A program made the translations under genes and the position numbers. The notes below the pieces were generated by a model. It had not been told where the DNA came from. It searched no databases and worked only from the letters and a program-made list of their open reading frames with translations. A stretch of 64,000 nucleotides of DNA, from NCBI GenBank assembly GCA_041650755.1, contig JBAZKN010000003.1, positions 86,466 to 150,465 of the forward strand, written 5' to 3'. Positions within the stretch are counted from its first letter, which is position 1, and each line of letters starts with the position of its first letter. Source of the stretch: Patescibacteria group bacterium (GTDB lineage Bacteria > Patescibacteriota > Patescibacteriia > UBA1558 > GWA2-36-10). Below are positions 60,846 to 64,000 of the stretch, piece after piece.

Positions 60846-62715
60846 AGAATTATTAAAATCACGTCCAGAACATACTTTATTAATAGCTAAAATTGTTATC
60901 CTGCTTTTGGCTATTTTATTTTTTATTCTAGCTTTGTTATTTTTAGGCAACGCCATTATCAATAGCCGCTACCAAAATGTTTTTTTACCCGGAGTAAAAT
61001 TAGGCAGCGTTGATATAGGCAATTTGACCTATGATCAGGCCCAAAAGAAAGTTCAAGAAAGGGTCGATCAGCTGAATCAACGTGGCTTTGTTTATAGAGT
61101 GGGTGAAGATAAGGTGACGGTTTTACCCTTGGTATCTTCAGCTGAATCGGCTGACATCTCTTACTCGATAGTTACTTGGCATATAGAAAATAGTCTGGCA
61201 GCTATAAAAAATTGGCAGGTAAACAACAATCTGACCAATATGGCCAGTAAAGTTTTGGCTTGGCAGTTGGGCCGTGATTGGCCCGTGGCTTTTACTTTGG
61301 ATCAAGAGCAGTATCTAAAAATTTTGCAAGAAAACGTAGGCAGTTTTTTGCCAGCCAAACAAGAGGCCAGCTTTCACTTTGATGAGCAGGGGCTAGTCAT
61401 CACAGCGGAAAAGTCCGGGCAAACAATCATTTATCAAGAGGCGCTCAAAAAAACTTTGCCGCAAATAAAGTATTTGGGAGGCCCAGAAATAGAGCTATCA
61501 ATTATTGAGGATAAACCACAGATTACGACGCGCATTATTGAACAGCACCGCCAGTCTATAGAAAATATTGCCAGCCGCGGAGAATTTATCTTGACCTTTG
61601 AGGATCAATCTTGGTCAGTGGCTAGCCAGGATTGGCGTCAGTGGTTGCAGGTCGGGCTGGTCAATGAAAAGCCTCGACTGGTTTTTGATCCAATGGCAGT
61701 AGAAAAATATTTAGCGGTCAAAGGCATTAAAGAAAAAGTGGAAATACCCATGCAGGACGCTAGGTTTAAATTGGTTAATGGCAAGATGGCAGAGTTTATG
61801 GCCAGCAATGCTGGTCGAGGCATTGATTTTACCCAGACAACAGAGCTTATGAATCAGGCCGTCAAAGATAATGGTGCATTAAAGGCAGCTTTGGTTACCG
61901 TGATTATAGAGCCAAAAGTCATGAACAGTGACGTTAATGACTTGGGTATTAGCTCAATCATCGGTACGGGCGTATCGGATTTTAAAGGTAGTCCGGTCAA
62001 TCGCATTCATAATATTGGTGTGGGTGCTAAAACTCTTGATGGCATGCTGATTTCCCCGGGCGAGGAATTTTCTTTGGTGACTGCTTTGGGCGAAATAGAT
62101 GGTGAGCACGGCTACAGGCAGGAATTGGTCATCAAGGGCAACAAAACTACACCAGAGTATGGTGGCGGTCTGTGCCAGATCGGCACTACTGTATTTCGCG
62201 CAGCCTTGGGCACTGGTTTGCCAATTACTGAACGGCGCAATCATTCTTATCGGGTGGTTTATTATGAACCGGCTGGCATGGATGCTACTATTTATAGCCC
62301 CAAGCCGGACTTAAGATTTATCAATGATACGGGGCATTATATTTTGATTCAATCGCGCATTGAAGGGACTAAATTATATTTTGATTTTTGGGGAACGCCA
62401 GATGGTCGGGTAGCATCAACCACCAAACCAATTATCTATAATCAAGTTGCGCCGCCACCCAAGAAAGTGATCAAGACCACTGAATTGCCGGTCGGGCAAA
62501 CAAAGTGCACCGAAAGTGCTCATGCTGGGGCAGACACCAAATTTGATTATCTTGTCCAGTATTCGGGAGCGACTGAACCAGTTAAGGTAACTTTCTCTAG
62601 TCATTATGTGCCATGGCAATCGGTCTGTTTATTGGGTGCTACTCAAGAAGAAATTGACGCCGAACAAAGTGGCGGCACTACGGCTACTTCCACCAGCACT
62701 ACGACACCACAATAG
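60829..62715 (+). CDS. VanW family protein with peptidoglycan-binding repeats
   Basis: NRIHNI, YGGGLCQ, ERRNHS and DLRF.NDT; N-terminal TM helix. Confidence 0.88.
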   Translation: MMIKAKELLKSRPEHTLLIAKIVILLLAILFFILALLFLGNAIINSRYQNVFLPGVKLGSVDIGNLTYDQAQKKVQERVDQLNQRGFVYRVGEDKVTVLPLVSSAESADISYSIVTWHIENSLAAIKNWQVNNNLTNMASKVLAWQLGRDWPVAFTLDQEQYLKILQENVGSFLPAKQEASFHFDEQGLVITAEKSGQTIIYQEALKKTLPQIKYLGGPEIELSIIEDKPQITTRIIEQHRQSIENIASRGEFILTFEDQSWSVASQDWRQWLQVGLVNEKPRLVFDPMAVEKYLAVKGIKEKVEIPMQDARFKLVNGKMAEFMASNAGRGIDFTQTTELMNQAVKDNGALKAALVTVIIEPKVMNSDVNDLGISSIIGTGVSDFKGSPVNRIHNIGVGAKTLDGMLISPGEEFSLVTALGEIDGEHGYRQELVIKGNKTTPEYGGGLCQIGTTVFRAALGTGLPITERRNHSYRVVYYEPAGMDATIYSPKPDLRFINDTGHYILIQSRIEGTKLYFDFWGTPDGRVASTTKPIIYNQVAPPPKKVIKTTELPVGQTKCTESAHAGADTKFDYLVQYSGATEPVKVTFSSHYVPWQSVCLLGATQEEIDAEQSGGTTATSTSTTTPQ

Positions 62716-62719
62716 GTGA

Positions 62720-62911
62720 TAAAAAACAGCCCTGCACCGTATGGTGCAGGGCTGGATTATTTTCCCAGACAACTGTGCCCAAGAAAACCATTTCTTGAAT
62801 AAATTCAGCCAGAGCCAAATGAAATCAGAAAAATGATTCCCATGCTTGTCGTGGACACAGTTGCCTAGGAAAATAAGGCTTTTTAAGCTGCTTTTTTAGT
62901 TTTTGTTATGA
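62720..62911 (-). ncRNA. Candidate structured ncRNA (about 190 nt)
   Basis: TTGACA-17-TATTAT at 62946-62918; 25-bp stem (62876-62852 with 62781-62757) whose three non-Watson-Crick positions are all G-U on the minus strand; terminator at 62721-62754. Confidence 0.6.
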
Positions 62912-63059
62912 CCAGTCATAATAGCATAAGTTTTTTATCTTGTCAAGTGGAGACTAATTTGGTATAATATCTGATAATGGGGGGAGAATTATCGTCCTTG
63001 ACCACTAATTTTTTTTCCGTTAGAATCAGATAATCTAATTTATTAAAAAATCACCATCT

Positions 63060-63251
63060 ATGGCCTTACCAACACAAAAAAGGACCAAGTCGTCAGCTCG
63101 TCGTCGGGCTTCGCACTTTGCCTTAAAGGTAAAAAGTAGCAACAAATGTTCAAATTGTGGTGCTACCATCTTACCGCACCGTGCTTGCAAAAAGTGCGGC
63201 CATTATAAAGGACAGAAAAAGACGCCCGCCAGAGGCGGAGTAAAAAAATAA
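63060..63251 (+). CDS. rpmF: 50S ribosomal protein L32
   Basis: MALP..RRRASH; CSNC..PHRACKKCGHY. Confidence 0.95.
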   Translation: MALPTQKRTKSSARRRASHFALKVKSSNKCSNCGATILPHRACKKCGHYKGQKKTPARGGVKK

Positions 63252-63254
63252 TAA

Positions 63255-64000
63255 ATGGCTAATCGTCACCTAGCTAGAACCATTGCCCTGCAAGCTTTAT
63301 TTGAGTGGGATTTTACTAATGCCGAACATGATGTTTTGGAAAGCTTAGAATATGATCAGAAAGAGTTTGCTCCTGATTTTGATGACCAGGGCTTTGCCTT
63401 GAATTTAGTTAGGCAGGTGATAAAGCACCGCAAGGAGATTGACAAGCTGATCATTAAGTTTGCACCCGAGTGGCCAATTGACCAGATTACCATGATTGAT
63501 CGTAATGTTTTGCGCATGGGTATTTATGAATTAAAGATTGATAATGAAATACCCCCTAAAGTAGCCATCAATGAAGCCATTGAGTTGGCCAAAGTTTTTG
63601 GTGGCGATGCCAGCGGCAAATTTGTCAATGGTGTTCTGGGCAGTATCTATAAAGAGATGATGGCTAAAGGAGAAAAACAGACCCTGGCCAGCCAAGGCAT
63701 AAAAGAGGTGTCAGCTGGCGGCATGATATACCGTCGGGCAGACGATGGTTATTATTTTGTCTTAGTGCTGGATGCTTATGGCAAGTGGACATTCCCCAAG
63801 GGGCACGTAGAGGATGGTGAGAGCCAAGAGCAGGCGGCTTTACGGGAAATAAAGGAAGAAACTAATTTAAAAAATCTCAAAGTTATTGATTATTTGGGGG
63901 AAACTGAGGTCAAGGTGCATAAACCAGATACTAAACCATTTCGTAAATTGATAAAATATTATTTAGTTGAAACGGTTGATTTGGAAATAAAAATTCCAGA
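63255..64000 (+). CDS. nusB: NusB fused to a C-terminal Nudix hydrolase (3' end outside window)
   Basis: MANRHLAR..IDRNVLR..VAINEAIELAK..FVNGVLG continues in frame into WTFPKGHVEDGESQEQAALREIKEETNL (Nudix box). Confidence 0.9.
   Translation, partial: MANRHLARTIALQALFEWDFTNAEHDVLESLEYDQKEFAPDFDDQGFALNLVRQVIKHRKEIDKLIIKFAPEWPIDQITMIDRNVLRMGIYELKIDNEIPPKVAINEAIELAKVFGGDASGKFVNGVLGSIYKEMMAKGEKQTLASQGIKEVSAGGMIYRRADDGYYFVLVLDAYGKWTFPKGHVEDGESQEQAALREIKEETNLKNLKVIDYLGETEVKVHKPDTKPFRKLIKYYLVETVDLEIKIP

Overview
This is a 64-kb chromosomal segment of a low-GC bacterium, most likely Patescibacteria/CPR (Parcubacteria-like). That assignment is inferred from the VirB2/TrbC-like pilin array, the lamin-tail and VanW proteins, AT-rich leaders without Shine-Dalgarno (SD) sequences, and TGA used as a stop. 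The window spans the replication origin (dnaN-oriC-dnaA-rpmH-rnpA-yidD-yidC), where gene orientation flips. It also holds uvrB, a class A PBP, tyrS, a glycogen-type cluster, ruvC/ruvA, three membrane glycosyltransferase-like genes, four pilins, galU, a ligase/flippase pair, recA, ftsK, rpoBC, csoR-trxA-trxB-gdh-rnhB, ssb, three tRNAs and a NusB-Nudix fusion. Three unexplained signals stand out. (1) A roughly 90-nt candidate sRNA (55321-55409, minus) has an unpaired seed complementary to sequences at three nearby start codons, including ssb and a lamin-tail surface protein. (2) At least five dispersed GC-rich orphan genes each have their own promoter, strong SD and terminator. (3) Several ORF-less promoter-terminator units are present, including a long-stem structured RNA at about 62720-62911. 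All calls were made by eye; no database searches were run.
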